A stretch of DNA of 64,000 bases from Squalus acanthias (taxonomy: Eukaryota), in NCBI GenBank assembly GCA_030390025.1, contig CM059431.1:103480001-103544000 (forward strand). Direction: 5' to 3'. Position 1 is the first letter of the stretch; every line of letters begins with the position of its first letter. Below, piece after piece: positions 37,585 to 49,585 of this stretch. A model generated the notes under the pieces. The model did no database searches and was not told the origin of the DNA. It was given only the letters and a program-made list of their open reading frames with translations. The position numbers and the translations under genes are program-made.

Positions 37585-38090
37585 ACAAACTAGAGCCCCT
37601 CCAAAACTGCCCATATCCTAACTCGCAACAATTCCCGTTCACCAATCACCCCCCCCCCCGGTGCTCGCTGACCTGCATTGGCTCCCGGGCCAGCAACACC
37701 TCGATTAAAAAAATTCTCATCCTTGTTTTCAAATCCCTCCTTATCTCTGTAACCTCCTCCAGCCTTACAACCCTCCGAGATCTCTGCGCTCCTCCAATTC
37801 TGGCCTCTTGCGCATCTCCGATTCCCATCGCTCCACCATTGGCGGCCGTGCCTTCAGCTACCTGGGCCCTGAGCTCTGAAATTCCCTCCCTAAACCTCTC
37901 CGCCTCTCTACCTCTCTTTCCTCCATTCAGGCACTCCTTAAAACCTACCTCTTTGACCAAGCTTTTGGTCACCTGTCCTAATATCTCCTTGTGTGGCTCG
38001 GTGTGAAATTCTGTCTGATAACGCTCCTGTGAAGCACCTTGGGAACGTTTTACTACATTAAAGGCGCTGTATAACTGCAAGCTGTTCTTA
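37585..38090 (+). mobile_element. L2-type LINE 3' fragment
   Basis: Matches 29380-29885. Confidence 0.87.
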
Positions 38091-40607
38091 CTAAAAGTCT
38101 GTTAGTAGAATTGAACATGGCATTTACTGTCAGGAATGTTATTGCACGAATGCTTAATGCACTCATGTACAATTCCCCTCTGTGCTATTTTAATGTATGT
38201 GTTAATCCTGCTATTTTAAGTGGATTAACATCTCTGTTAAATAGCTTAGAGAACAACATGATGTGAGCACATTAAGCATTTGTGTGATAACTTTGCCAAC
38301 AGTAAATACAAAGTTAATGTTAGTAAAATATTACTTATATTCCTGGATAGGACCAGAAATCAGAGACACAGGAGTCCAGCTCCTCTTCAGTCATTTGAAA
38401 ACATATCAGACAACTTTTATAAGCACAAAGAATATTCCATAATAACACCATAGCCAATAATACTCTTTTGTATGGTATTTGAAGAAAAATTGTGAATAAA
38501 TCATATTTGGAATATTTTGATATTCAATTGGCATCATAAGAAATACAATCTTCATGCCATTTCTGACACTAGGCACTGAAATATGACTCCTGGACTATAG
38601 CTTTAAGCAAAACAGTTCTAGAGCCACAAGTGTTGGCAACGGATGATTATATTTACTGATTACAATTCAGGTCTTGTGTGACGTTCTACACAAACAGTTA
38701 TAAATTATTATCTCTCGAAATGAATTTTGACAGAAAGTATTCATTTATAAACATTGAAATCACAGGACACATCCAAAATCTGTGATTAGAAAGTGCTTGC
38801 ATTGGATACTCGGTTCATAATCGGAAGAGTAATCCCACCGTGCGATGACAAACCAGGACAAAGGTTTACACAAGAGTTAATTTGACTCCATGTTTACGTA
38901 GGATTTGGATTCCTCTATTCACTGAAGTCCTTTATTTTCTTATCATATATCTACTGCAAATAGATATTTACTTGAGTTTGAAGAGTGGCGACTTGGGAGC
39001 TTCAACACAATCTCACATTATCCTCCAGTCAATAGATGACTGATCAAGCATCAACTCAAATTACCACTTCAAGGACGTTGGTCGGACATACTATACACTG
39101 CAAGGAAATATGGGTTTAGGAGGTATTTGGGGAAGCTGGTTCGAAAGAATTAAAGTTGCAGTGATCCAGGAACCTTAAACTCTTACAATTGATAGTCGGC
39201 TTTTCCAGATTAATGAGCATTCTGTCACTAAGAAAAACAAAGGAGGAACCTTGAGATGTGAAACTTGCTATCTTGGTATTTACCTTCCCCATCGCAGCCA
39301 TGTGCACTATAGAATTCTTCATCCTTTCTCCAATTTACAACCTCTTTAATTAGTTTAGAATATTGGGCCTTGGTAGACTACATTTAATTTCTTAGCTTTG
39401 AGAGGCCACAGTTACATTCATTCCTCTCATTAAGTTAGGAACGAGAACAATGTTTTGAGACTTGATTGCAGTCAGTAAGGCCGTTAGTTTTAAGATCTGC
39501 AGGATGGGCCATTAACCCGGAGAGAGTAGAAGCTTGTGATGAGACTGAAGACAGAGGTAAGAGGGGCCCAGGCACCGTCTGTGCCTGGACATGTACGTAT
39601 CATCAATATGATTGGGTAGGTTGGGGCGGGTGGGGAGCGGGGTATGGGAGAAAACGCAATTGGATGAATTCTGCTTCAAGTTTCGGCTTGTGGGGTATAA
39701 CCAGGTGGCTTGCGAGCATTCTCAGTGTAGAAGATTCAACAGCGGGCACCTGGAAGGTGAACGAGGATGGACTCTAGAGGGAACGTATGTGGAACAAAGT
39801 CACAGCTTCTACCCAAGCAACACCGGGGTAATATAATTCTCAACTGTACCTTGTAAACTGCTGCTCAAATACTGTAATGTATTAAGTCATACTTATATCA
39901 AATAAAAGCCACCACTGTTACCGTGTCAGCTTTGAAAAATTGGAAAGAGTCCAAACGGGCTACAAATACACGTGATCTTACAGTTTTCTTTTCAGAATTA
40001 TCAGTGCTTCCAGATCATGGCAAGACTCTTCCTACTTAATATTCCTATATTTTCCTCAATGCTTTACTCAAAATAACCACTGGAGAGATACCATGAACAG
40101 CATGGCAGCAGTGAACATGCTGTGATGCGTGAGGTGAGGCTTTATGAGTTTGCACTCAAGAATGTTGGCCCAGGGAGAACTCCCCTGCTCTTCTTCAAAA
40201 AAGTGCTGTGGGATCTTTTACATCCACCTGAGAGGACAGACGCCTAACATCCCATCCGAAAGATGGCACGTCCCTCAGTATTGCATGAAGTGTCACTAAA
40301 CTTAGCAACTTACTCCTTTTTGTTCCAAATCTTTAATTCTAATCAGTTGGTCATTTGGATGCCGAGGCCAGCACGCTCAAAAGGAGCAAAAGTTCATGAA
40401 ATCTAGATTCTAAAACAGCAATGAAATACAATTTGTTAAATATACACCAGTGAGGTCCAAATGTTTGGCTTACCCATGGACAATGAAGGTGAAGATCCAC
40501 AGGGGTAAGTTTGACACAAGAACTGCAGAAACCCCAGGAAAGAAAGAACAGAAAGAACTTGCATTTCTATAGCGCCTTCCATGAATGGAGTTTACGAATG
40601 AAACTTT

Positions 40608-41010
40608 AAAAGAAAGACTTATATTTATATCGCGCCTTTCATGACCACCGGACGTCTCAAAGCGCTTTACAGTCAATGAAGTGCTTTTTGAAGTGCAGTC
40701 ACTGTTGTAATGTAGGAAACGCAGCAGCCAATTTGCGCACAGCAAGCTCCCACAAACAGCAATGTGGTAATATAAAGTGATGTTGGCAATGTGATCATGA
40801 CCAGACAATCTGTTTCAGTGATGTCGGTTGAGGGATAAATATTGGCCCCAGGACACCAGGGACAACTTCCTTGCTCTTCTTCAAAATAGTGCCATGGGAT
40901 CTTTTATGTCCACCTGAGAGAGCAGACGTGCCCTCGGTTTAACGTCTCATCCGAAAGCCAGCACCTCCGACAGTGCGGCACTCCCCCAGCACTGCACTGG
41001 GAGTGTCACT
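40608..41010 (-). mobile_element. Deu-domain SINE, head truncated
   Basis: Body and tail. A partial copy with the same flank lies at ~40160-40347. Confidence 0.83.
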
Positions 41011-42559
41011 AAACTTTTGTAACTTGATTCTTTTTGTTCTATATCTTTAATTCTAATCAAGTATGAAAGATGACGGTGAGATTAAAGACGTTCAGTATTG
41101 CTTCGTTTGCTGTCTAATTGCTACTCACAAGTTACTCCAAGGTAAACTATTCACCATGTCACAGAGTTAGTATTGGATTGCTGTGGCATGTTTTGAGTGC
41201 ATTGTTAGTCATACTACAGCAAATAATTGATCCTAAATAGTCTTTTCAGTGCATTGACTGTTTTATCATTGTGCCGATTTGAATTCTCGTCAAGTCATTA
41301 AAACATCTCCAGTGTAGATCCAACAGATCTGACATTTGCATAGACCCGAAGCACATTTCTGACATTTTTGTACCTACTGCTCTGCCTGACACTGAAGACA
41401 AAGCAATTAATACTGGGGAGTTCTTGTCTGCAGACAAAAACAATATTGATTACATGGTATTTTTATATAATAGTTTAACTTTGCAGAACCAGCAGCCTTG
41501 GATAATTATTTATGATTGATTTCTCATCCTACTACAGTTTGGAAATCTAGAGAAATTTGCTTCAGATCAGTATTACATGACCTGATGAAGCTTCAGCGAT
41601 CAATAAGGACAAGTAAGGAATATAAAGTAAATCTAACACTTACAAGTTAGAAGTCCATTTAGTTATTGCTTTAAAGTTCGGCTTCTGTAAAAAAAATGTT
41701 AGTGGTTAGTTTCTTAGGAAGGGCTTGGCTGAGGACAGCAACAGGAGACCTATTCAAACCCAATATTGGAAAGAATGGTGGGACCATGGCAGAAGCTGAA
41801 ATTGGAAAGGTGTTAGGCTGGACGTTTCGATGGTTCTGCGGGATTAGCTTAACAAGGGTGCGTGAGCATTTGGGGCAGGCAATGCCTCAGTCATACCTGT
41901 GGAAGGGACAAAAAGCAGAGGAAATCTGGCAAACAATAATGCAATGTTTGGGACAGGTGCCTCTCCTAAAAGCCCTTCAGAATCCCAACCCTGAAGCAGA
42001 CCGAAGGGTTAACTGAGAACACCAGGACTAGTGCAAACCATCCCTTCCTCATGTGCAATAATTCATCATCGAACATCCTGCATGCAAATATTTGAACCGA
42101 AAAAGACTACTTTATTCACTCTGATGAAGCCACACATTATATTTCTATACTCATTCCAAACTAAGCAAAATGGCATCGCCTCCTGTCTCCATAAAACTAC
42201 ATGTCAATGGTTTGCTGCTATCAGCAGACGATCAATTGGATGTCTCATTCCGTATTTCTGTCGGACTTTTATAGGAAGACGCAAAATTCAAAGCACGGAG
42301 TTGTGTGTGATAGGGATACTTGTGACTGAGTTCACATTTTGCAGCATCATAGTACAATATGACTGGAGTAAGGCACAAATTCCAGGAGATGTATGAATGA
42401 GTGGGAGACAATCCCTTCATGTGCTATTCTCAAAACAGTTCTGTGATTTCTGGCGATGAGTGATGCCACTATACCGGTATGCAATAGGTATGAAGAAGAA
42501 TTTTCAGTCCCGCCATGGATGGGAACAGAAAATGGCCAGTCTGGTCAGGCAGTACAAGA

Positions 42560-42856
42560 GGCATATGGCCTTTGACCACTGGTGCTCACACACCAAATTA
42601 TCGAGAATGGAATGCTCCTACCTTCACATAAGACAAGAACAGGGCTATGTGGAGGCTGCGCTTCACAAAGGAAGCCATCAAAGATCTATGTTACATTTCA
42701 AAGTGGCCCACAGCTCAGCTCCACCACCTGCACTATACTATCAGTGCTTGTGAAGGTGACAACTGCCTTGGAAGTTCTACGCTGTGGGGTCATGGAAGGA
42801 TGCCACTGGGGCCATCAGCAACATTAGCCAGTCAGCTGTGCATAGATGCATAAAGA
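42560..42856 (+). pseudogene. Degenerate Harbinger transposase N-terminal fragment
   Basis: Across frames: SYLHI, RLRFTKEAIKDLC, LSVLVKVTTAL, FYAVGS...NISQSAVHRCIK, parallel to the transposase at 12660. Confidence 0.75.
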
Positions 42857-42952
42857 TACATTATTCTATGAAGCTCTTTTTTTAGCCATCAAGCATTATT
42901 AAAATGAGAAGTCGCACAACACCAGGTTATAGTCCAACAGATTTATTTAATT

Positions 42953-42991
42953 TTACAAGCTTTCGGAGCTATTCGCTCCTTCCTCAGGTAA
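42953..42991 (-). ncRNA. Minimal type I hammerhead ribozyme motif
   Basis: UUAC-CUGAGGA-A-GGAGC-GAAUA-GCUCC-GAAA-GC-UU-GUAA. Confidence 0.65.
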
Positions 42992-43492
42992 GTTAGCAGT
43001 GAGAGAATCTCCCAGAATTCACAATTTAAACACAGACAAAATCTATTCAAATCTTTCCCTACATCAAAGACACACTAAGAGTACAGCCAAGACAATGAGA
43101 TGTATCCCAGGGGGTCCAACGTATCAAACCACCTGCTGGCTGTATATCCTGTCAATTTGTGTTGGTTCTTGTGTTAGTCTTTTAAAAAAAAAACACCTGG
43201 GAAGACCGGCCATGATGTCAAGTCACGTTCTGTTACGTGACATGAACCCGATATCGCGATTGAGGCCATCCTCATGAGTGCGGAACTTGGCTATCAGTTT
43301 CTGCTCTATGATTTTGCGCTGTTGTGTATCCCGAAGGCCGCCTTGGAGAACGCTTACCCGCAGATCCGAGGCTGAATGCCCCTGGCTGCTGAAGTGTTCC
43401 CTGTACTAGAGTGTCTTTGATGTAGGGAAAGATTTGAATAGATTTTGTCTGTGTTTAAATTGTGAATTCTGGGAGATTCTCTCACTGCTAAC

Positions 43493-43531
43493 TTACCTGA
43501 GGAAGGAGCGAATAGCTCCGAAAGCTTGTAA
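43493..43531 (+). ncRNA. Minimal type I hammerhead ribozyme motif
   Basis: Identical to the minus-strand copy at 42953-42991. Confidence 0.65.
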
Positions 43532-43748
43532 AATTAAATAAATCTGTTGGACTATAACCTGGTGTTGTGCGACTTCTCATTTTTGTCCACCCCAGTCCAA
43601 CGCCGGCATCTCCACATCAGAAGCATTATTAACTCATGTGTGTAGTGGGTTATGCCCCGTGACAATAATGCGAACCCAAAATAGTTCCTGATGTTAAAAT
43701 GTCATTTGTTTCCCGTGTTCCGGTGGTTTAACTGTGTACCGAGCACAA

Positions 43749-46102
43749 ATGGAGCCATTCCAGGGCAAAAGACCTACAAAGGTAGGAGGAGGAGGAGGAG
43801 GAGGGGACCGAGTGTAACATATCAAAGTTTGCAGATGATACAAAGATGGGAGGGAAAGTAGAAAGTGAGGAGGACATAAAAAACCTACAAGGGGATATAG
43901 ACAGGCTGGGTGAGTGGGCGGAGATTTGGCAGATGCAATACAATATTGGAAAATGTGAGGTTATGCACTTTGGCAGGAAAAATCAGAGAGCAAGTTATTA
44001 TCTTAATGGCGAGAAACTGGAAAGTACTGCAGTACAAAGGGATCTGGGGGTCCTAGTGCAAGAAAATCAAAAAGTTAGTATGCAGGTGCAGCAGGTGATC
44101 AAGAAGGCCAACGGAATATTGGCTTTTATTGCTAGGGGGATAGATTATAAAAACAGGGAGGTATTGCTGCAGTTATATTAGGTATTGGTGAGACCGCACC
44201 TGGAATATTGCATACAGTTTTGGTGTCCATACTTAAGAAAAGACATACTTGCTCTCGAGGCAGTACAAAGAAGGTTCACTCGGTTAATCCCCGGGATGAG
44301 GGGGTGGACATATGAGGAGAGGTTGGGTAGATTGGGACTCTACTCATTGGAGTTCAGAAGAGTGAGAGGCGATCTTATTGAAACATATAAGATTGTGAAG
44401 GGGCTTGATCGGGTGGATGCGGTAAGGATGTTTCCAAGGATGGGTGAAACTAGAACTAGGGGGCATAATCTTAGAATAAGGGGCTGCTCTTTCAAAACTG
44501 AGATGAGGAGAAACTTCTTCACTCAGAGGGTAGTAGGTCTGTGGAATTTGCTGCCCCAGGAAGCTGTGGAAGCTACATCATTAAATAAATTTAAAACAGA
44601 AATAGACAGTTTCCTAGAAGTAAAGGGAATTAGGGGTTATGGGGAGCGGGCAGGAAATTGGACATGAGGCTGAGTTCGGAACGGTCGAGGCCCTGTGGGT
44701 GGCGTAGCGGGCCCAGGGGTTGAGTGGCCAGGTCCTGCTCCTACTTCTTGTGTTCTTTAGATTTGAGGTGAGGATCAGATCAGCCATGATCTTATTAAAT
44801 GGCGGAGCAGGCTCGAAGGGTCGATTGGCCTACTCCTGCTCCTATTTCTTATGTTCTTATAAATACTGCAGTCGAACTGCTGTTGGGGGCAAGGAGGGTT
44901 GTCTTGTTTGATATTCCAGCACTCCAGAAGCATTGGCAGCAAACTTCTAAAAGACTTTTCAGCCTGAAGGCAAAAAGCCAAGGTAAGGCACCCAACAAAT
45001 ACCTTATCTCATGTAGATGGGCAAAGTATGGATGTTACATCGCAATTCCTTTCTGTTACGCATTGACTGCTGTCTCATCCAAAGCATCTTAACTCCTTAC
45101 AGCCCTCTGCATGCTTAACATCCATGCTTAAACTGCAGCAAGGCACCAATTTCGGTTGCAAATTATTAATGTAACTGTTGGCCCATGGACATCTTCAAAC
45201 AGCTCCATACAAAAAAATCCTTCTTAAAATACCTTGCTGCATCATGTACATTTACATACTCACACAAATGATGGGCTACAGTATGGTTCTTGGGTGGCAA
45301 TGTGTATTTTCCTACTTGACCCATCGAACTCCACCCATCTCATATGACCGGAAATGTACCAGAAAGTGAGCAGTAACAGGCAGCCAATGCAACAGTGGAC
45401 ATCACAGAAACAGCAGCAGGGCCATCTCATGATCCTACCACAAGAAGGTGAAGGGTCACCTCAATCCCAGGAGACTCCCGTGCTTACTCATTGGCTGCAC
45501 TTTATTTAAACTTTGTCCAGAGAGTTTCTGTCTGCTGGGCAGAGTGTCAGCAAATCCAAGGATGGGCCTCTATAGTAGTCTAGCCAGTGCAGAGGACAAT
45601 ACCTCGGATGGGGTTTATGGCCCCAATGCATTGGTCAATTTCAGCAGGTCTGTTGGCAAAATGGTCAGATCAGGCACTTAGCTGAATGTCTTCTCTAGGA
45701 GGGCATGTTCGTCCTAGCTGGAAAGCCATTTGGTCAATGATATCTTTAGGATTGTTGCCACTTTTGCCCTCTGGTGCTGACTGCAGTTGGGCCACTTCCT
45801 CCATGGATAAGCCTCTTCAGAGGCAAAGCTGTGGACTATGCAGCAAACGCTTGTTTCTCCACCGGGAAAGTAATGAAGGTGCTTGTTCTGGTAAACAAAG
45901 CATTATAGATGGAGACCATTTAGCCCATGGTATCTCTGCCACTGCTAACTCTTCATCCCATTTAAATCCCCGATTTATTATCTAGATGGTGAACCTTAGG
46001 CTGTGAATATAGATCTCTTCTTAGAGTCCTGGATAGCTGCACCTGGGTCTGTAAACACCCTGGTGTGAAACTCTTATCTGGAGTAGCATTCTAAACATAT
46101 TA
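43749..46102. mobile_element. Old Harbinger relic interrupted by a CR1
   Basis: Myb-like start MEPFQGKRPTK (43749) continues after the CR1 as AVELLLGARRVVLF...WQQTSKRLFSLK|gtaag. Convergent transposase remnant (-) at ~46090-45800 (VYRPRCSY..L*EE...LRFT; NALFTRTSTFITFP). Confidence 0.55.
43800..44858 (+). mobile_element. CR1 LINE 3' fragment with two tandem 3' UTRs
   Basis: KFADDTK onward (ORFs 43846..44181 and 44185..44667). Confidence 0.93.
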
Positions 46103-46105
46103 ATT

Positions 46106-46813
46106 GGCCCAGAAATTAGGCTCCCTGGCTTCCTGCGGGTACAAGGATCCGCGCGCACCTACCTACCGCGCCTGCCGTTGACCTCTGGGCCCACGGGGAC
46201 TTCAGCTCCTGGGCTTCCCCCAACTGCCGGCGCGCAGTGATTGCGTATCCCAATGGCAGCAGACCATCTTTCATTCATAGATTTGACAGGAAGACCTGTC
46301 AAATCGATGAATTGAAATTGGCCCCAAAACAACACTTAAACTTCAAATAAATTTTTAAAAAACCATCACATTTTTAAAATAACTATAAGTTAAATAAATT
46401 AACTACTTCAAACAAGAATTTAAATTTTTGAAAAAATTAAAATACTTTTCAACAGTGCTAAAAATAAACTTACCTTTCTTTAAAGTATCTAAAAAAGATA
46501 AACCTGTTGAAAAATTTTTAAATTGTAATTAATTAACCATTTACCTTGTTGAAAACGGGTCCTGCGCCTCCTTTTTAAAAGTGCAGGTTCTTCAATACTT
46601 ACCCTCCCGGAGAAACCTGAAAAAAAACCTAAGTTTGCTGCGTGCGCGCAGCCTCTACCGCGCACGCGGTTCACCTCTGAACCGCTCCCTTCACCAGACC
46701 GAAGTTACGGTTTCCCGCGCATGCGCAGTGCATGAAGAAAACCGGCACTTCAGGAGGCCTTACGGGTGAGTACACGGCGCGTACTGACCCGACAACAGCC
46801 GAATTTCTGGCCC
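46106..46813. mobile_element. Harbinger-type MITE (708 bp)
   Basis: TIRs GGCCCAGAAATT / AATTTCTGGCCC, TSD ATT, CpG-rich ends and AT-rich core. Confidence 0.88.
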
Positions 46814-47656
46814 ATTAGAAAGAGATGTATTTCTTCTTATCATACTTCAACCGTTAACTGAGTGCAAACGTTTCCAGTGGTATTTTCTTTCAGTTCCCAA
46901 ACATCAGATGGTACTTTTCTAGCTGCTCCTGAAAGTACTGTCACTTTGGAGACTTGAGGCACTAAGGTTATGGATTTTGCAGGCACACATCCATCACTAG
47001 AGAGAAGCCATCTGCAGCTAAAGTTTCACATGACTCGTGTCATCCACACTACAATTAGTGTGATGAAGACTTAGACTGTTCTGATATCCCTTTGGTCCTT
47101 TCCTGTGACTCTAAATGCTTTTGTCTCTGCCATGAAGGATGTTATTATCAACACTCTTGGCAAATTAATCCACCAGAGGTTAGTGAGTGACAGTAATCTG
47201 CCAAAAGGGTCAAGGACACTGGTTTTTTTTTTCTGTGACTGGCTTTCAACGTGTTACTTTATTTTTTTGAAAGGAAGGAACAGAGTTTAGCTGTTGCCCA
47301 CACGGTGCTCACAACAACTCTCAAGGGTAACACGATCGTCTGTTTCTATCCATGAAACATGTAAACAAAGACAGCAATGTTGGATCCAGGCTCTCTGAGG
47401 CAATCACTAAATGGACGAAGCTCCCGGCCATGCATTGACAAAAGATTCTTGACCAGGTGCCATGTCCCCAGCTGTCCGTGTAACAGCTGGCAGCAGATAT
47501 CTTTAGCATTCAGGCTTTTGTTCTTAAAAGAGGATAATGTCTCATCATGTGCTGTTTGAAGCACATTTTTCATCCAACTACAGTTAAATAATAAACATTT
47601 TATATGGTGCCTTTGATGCTGCTGGTCATCTTAACTTCAACACAGATCAATGTGAG

Positions 47657-48152
47657 AACATCAGAACATAAGAAATAGGAGCAGGAGTCGGCCATTCGGC
47701 CCCTCGAGCCTGCTCCGCCATTCAATTAGATCATGGTTGATCTTCTACCTCATCTCCACTTTCCCGCACTATCCCCATATCCCTTGATTCCCTTAATGTT
47801 CAAAAATCTATTGATCTCTGTCTTGAATATACTCAACGACTGAGCATCCACAGCCCTCTGGGGTAGAGAATTCCAAAGATTCACCACCCTCTGAGTGAAG
47901 AAATTTCTCTTCATCTCAGTCCGAAATGGTCGACTCCTTATTCTGAGACTATGACCCCTGGTTCTAGACTCCCCAGCCAGGGGAAACATTCTCCCTGTAT
48001 GTTTCAATGAGATCACCTCTCATTCTTCGAAACTCTAAAGAATATAGGCCTAGTCCACTCAATCTGTCCTCATAGGACAATCCCCCCATCCCAGGAACCA
48101 GTCTGGTGAACCTTTGCTGCACTCCCTCTATGGCAAATATATCCTTCCTTCG
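47657..48152 (-). mobile_element. CR1 3' fragment
   Basis: ORF 47750..48016 plus tail. Confidence 0.88.
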
Positions 48153-48156
48153 GAAA

Positions 48157-48950
48157 GATATTACATTTTGGTAGGAAGAATAGGGAGGTCACTTATTATT
48201 TGGAGGGTGCGAGTCTAGGTGGGGTAGAGGAGCAAAGGGATCTCGGAGTACAAATACACAAATCACTATAAGTAGCGACACAGGTTAACAAGGCCATAAA
48301 AAAAGTAAACCAGGCAGTAGGGTTTATTTGTAGAGGGATAGAATTGGAAAGTAGTGAAGTTATGCTAAACTTGTGTCGAACCTTGGTTAGACTGTGGAGT
48401 ACTGTGTACAGTTCTGGTCGCCATATTATAAAAGGGATATAGAGGCACTGGAGAGGAGGCAGAGAAGATTTACAAGGATGATACCAGAAATGCTAAGGTA
48501 TACATATCAGGAAAGGATGAACATGCTGGGTCTCTTTTCTCTTGAAAAGAGAAGGTTGAGGGGTGACCTAATAGAGGTCTTTAAAATTATGAAAGGTTTT
48601 GATAGAGTAGATACAGAGAGAGTGTTTCCACTTGTGGGGAAGAGCATAACTAGAGGCCATCAATATGAGATAGTCACCAAGAAATCCAATAGGGAATTCA
48701 GAGAAACTTTTTTAACCAGAGGTGAGAATGTGAACTCGCTACCACAGGGAGTGGTTGAGGCAAATAGTATAGATGCATTTAAGGGGCAGCTGGACAAGCA
48801 TATGAGGGAAAAGGGAATAGAGGGTTATGCTGATAGATTTAGATGAGGAAAGACGGGAGGAGACTCGAGTGGTGCATAAACACCAGGCATGGACTGGTTG
48901 GGCCGAATGGCCTGTTTCTGTGCCGTATATCCTATGTAATCCTGTGTAAC
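48157..48950 (+). mobile_element. CR1 3' fragment of another subfamily
   Basis: ORF 48394..48846 plus (TCCTATGTAA) tail. Confidence 0.88.
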
Positions 48951-49546
48951 TTTGTTTAATACAGCCCTGCATAGGCATGACTTTTAAACCAAGTGAGGCT
49001 TGTGCTGGAAAAAACACAAATAAGCAGTTTAAAAAAAAATATACTGTGAAGCTTTGCAAAGTATTGATAACATTTTCAAATCTGCATTTTCAAAGCTCAT
49101 CGTGTTATTGCTAAAACATGAAATGAGTTTCAACTCTTACAGTGATCACCAGTCTGAACTGTCCTTTCTACAGGTGACCTGAAAATAGCTCGATTGTGAC
49201 ATATACTAATCCCAGCAGTACTTGTAACAAAAAGCCACCTTTAGATTGGACAATAACTGCTTTGTAAATAAGCACTGCTATCTGCCATCTTATAGCACAC
49301 GCACAGTAGGTAGAGAAGTTAAGAGTCACCTGAGAGTAGAATTTGAGCAGATCCACATTTATTGATGCCGGTGTCCCTGAAACTTACTGATCTTGGGCTT
49401 GTATGTTCTAAAATGGTCCATTGCTCCTTCTGTGACCAGAAACTTTCTTCCCACTTGGAGGAAACAGCAGAACAGAAGCTATTGTGTCCCCGGAGAATAT
49501 TTGATCCTCTCCAACTATATTTATTTCTATAATCTTCCTAATGCAG

Positions 49547-49585
49547 ATTTAGAAGTTGCTCATAATGAAAGAGCTGCTGTCCATG
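49547..49585 (+). other. Candidate 39-bp exon (phase 1-1, xLEVAHNERAAVH)
   Basis: Pyrimidine-rich tract, CTAAT branch-like motif, GCAG| acceptor and ATG|GTAAGT donor. No partner exon identified. Confidence 0.35.

Larger units (their letters stand above)
42901..43620 (-). mobile_element. Penelope-like element, 5'-truncated with inverted terminal repeat
   Basis: ~175-bp inverted arms, GIY-YIG remnant (HSASDLRVSVLQGGLRDTQQRKIIEQKLIAKFRTHEDGLNRD) and flanking direct repeat AAGCATTATTAA. Confidence 0.88.

Noticed and set aside
39997..40132. Exon-like segment with good AG/GT sites
   Set aside because: Stops in all three frames and no recognisable product.
45300..45985. Minus-strand frame with a DGPAA motif resembling a Lon or viral protease
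   Set aside because: Multiple stops, and neighbouring frames give Harbinger transposase and Myb remnants, which explain the region better.
47300..47560. Possible further Harbinger transposase relic (+)
   Set aside because: Similarity too degraded to support by eye.
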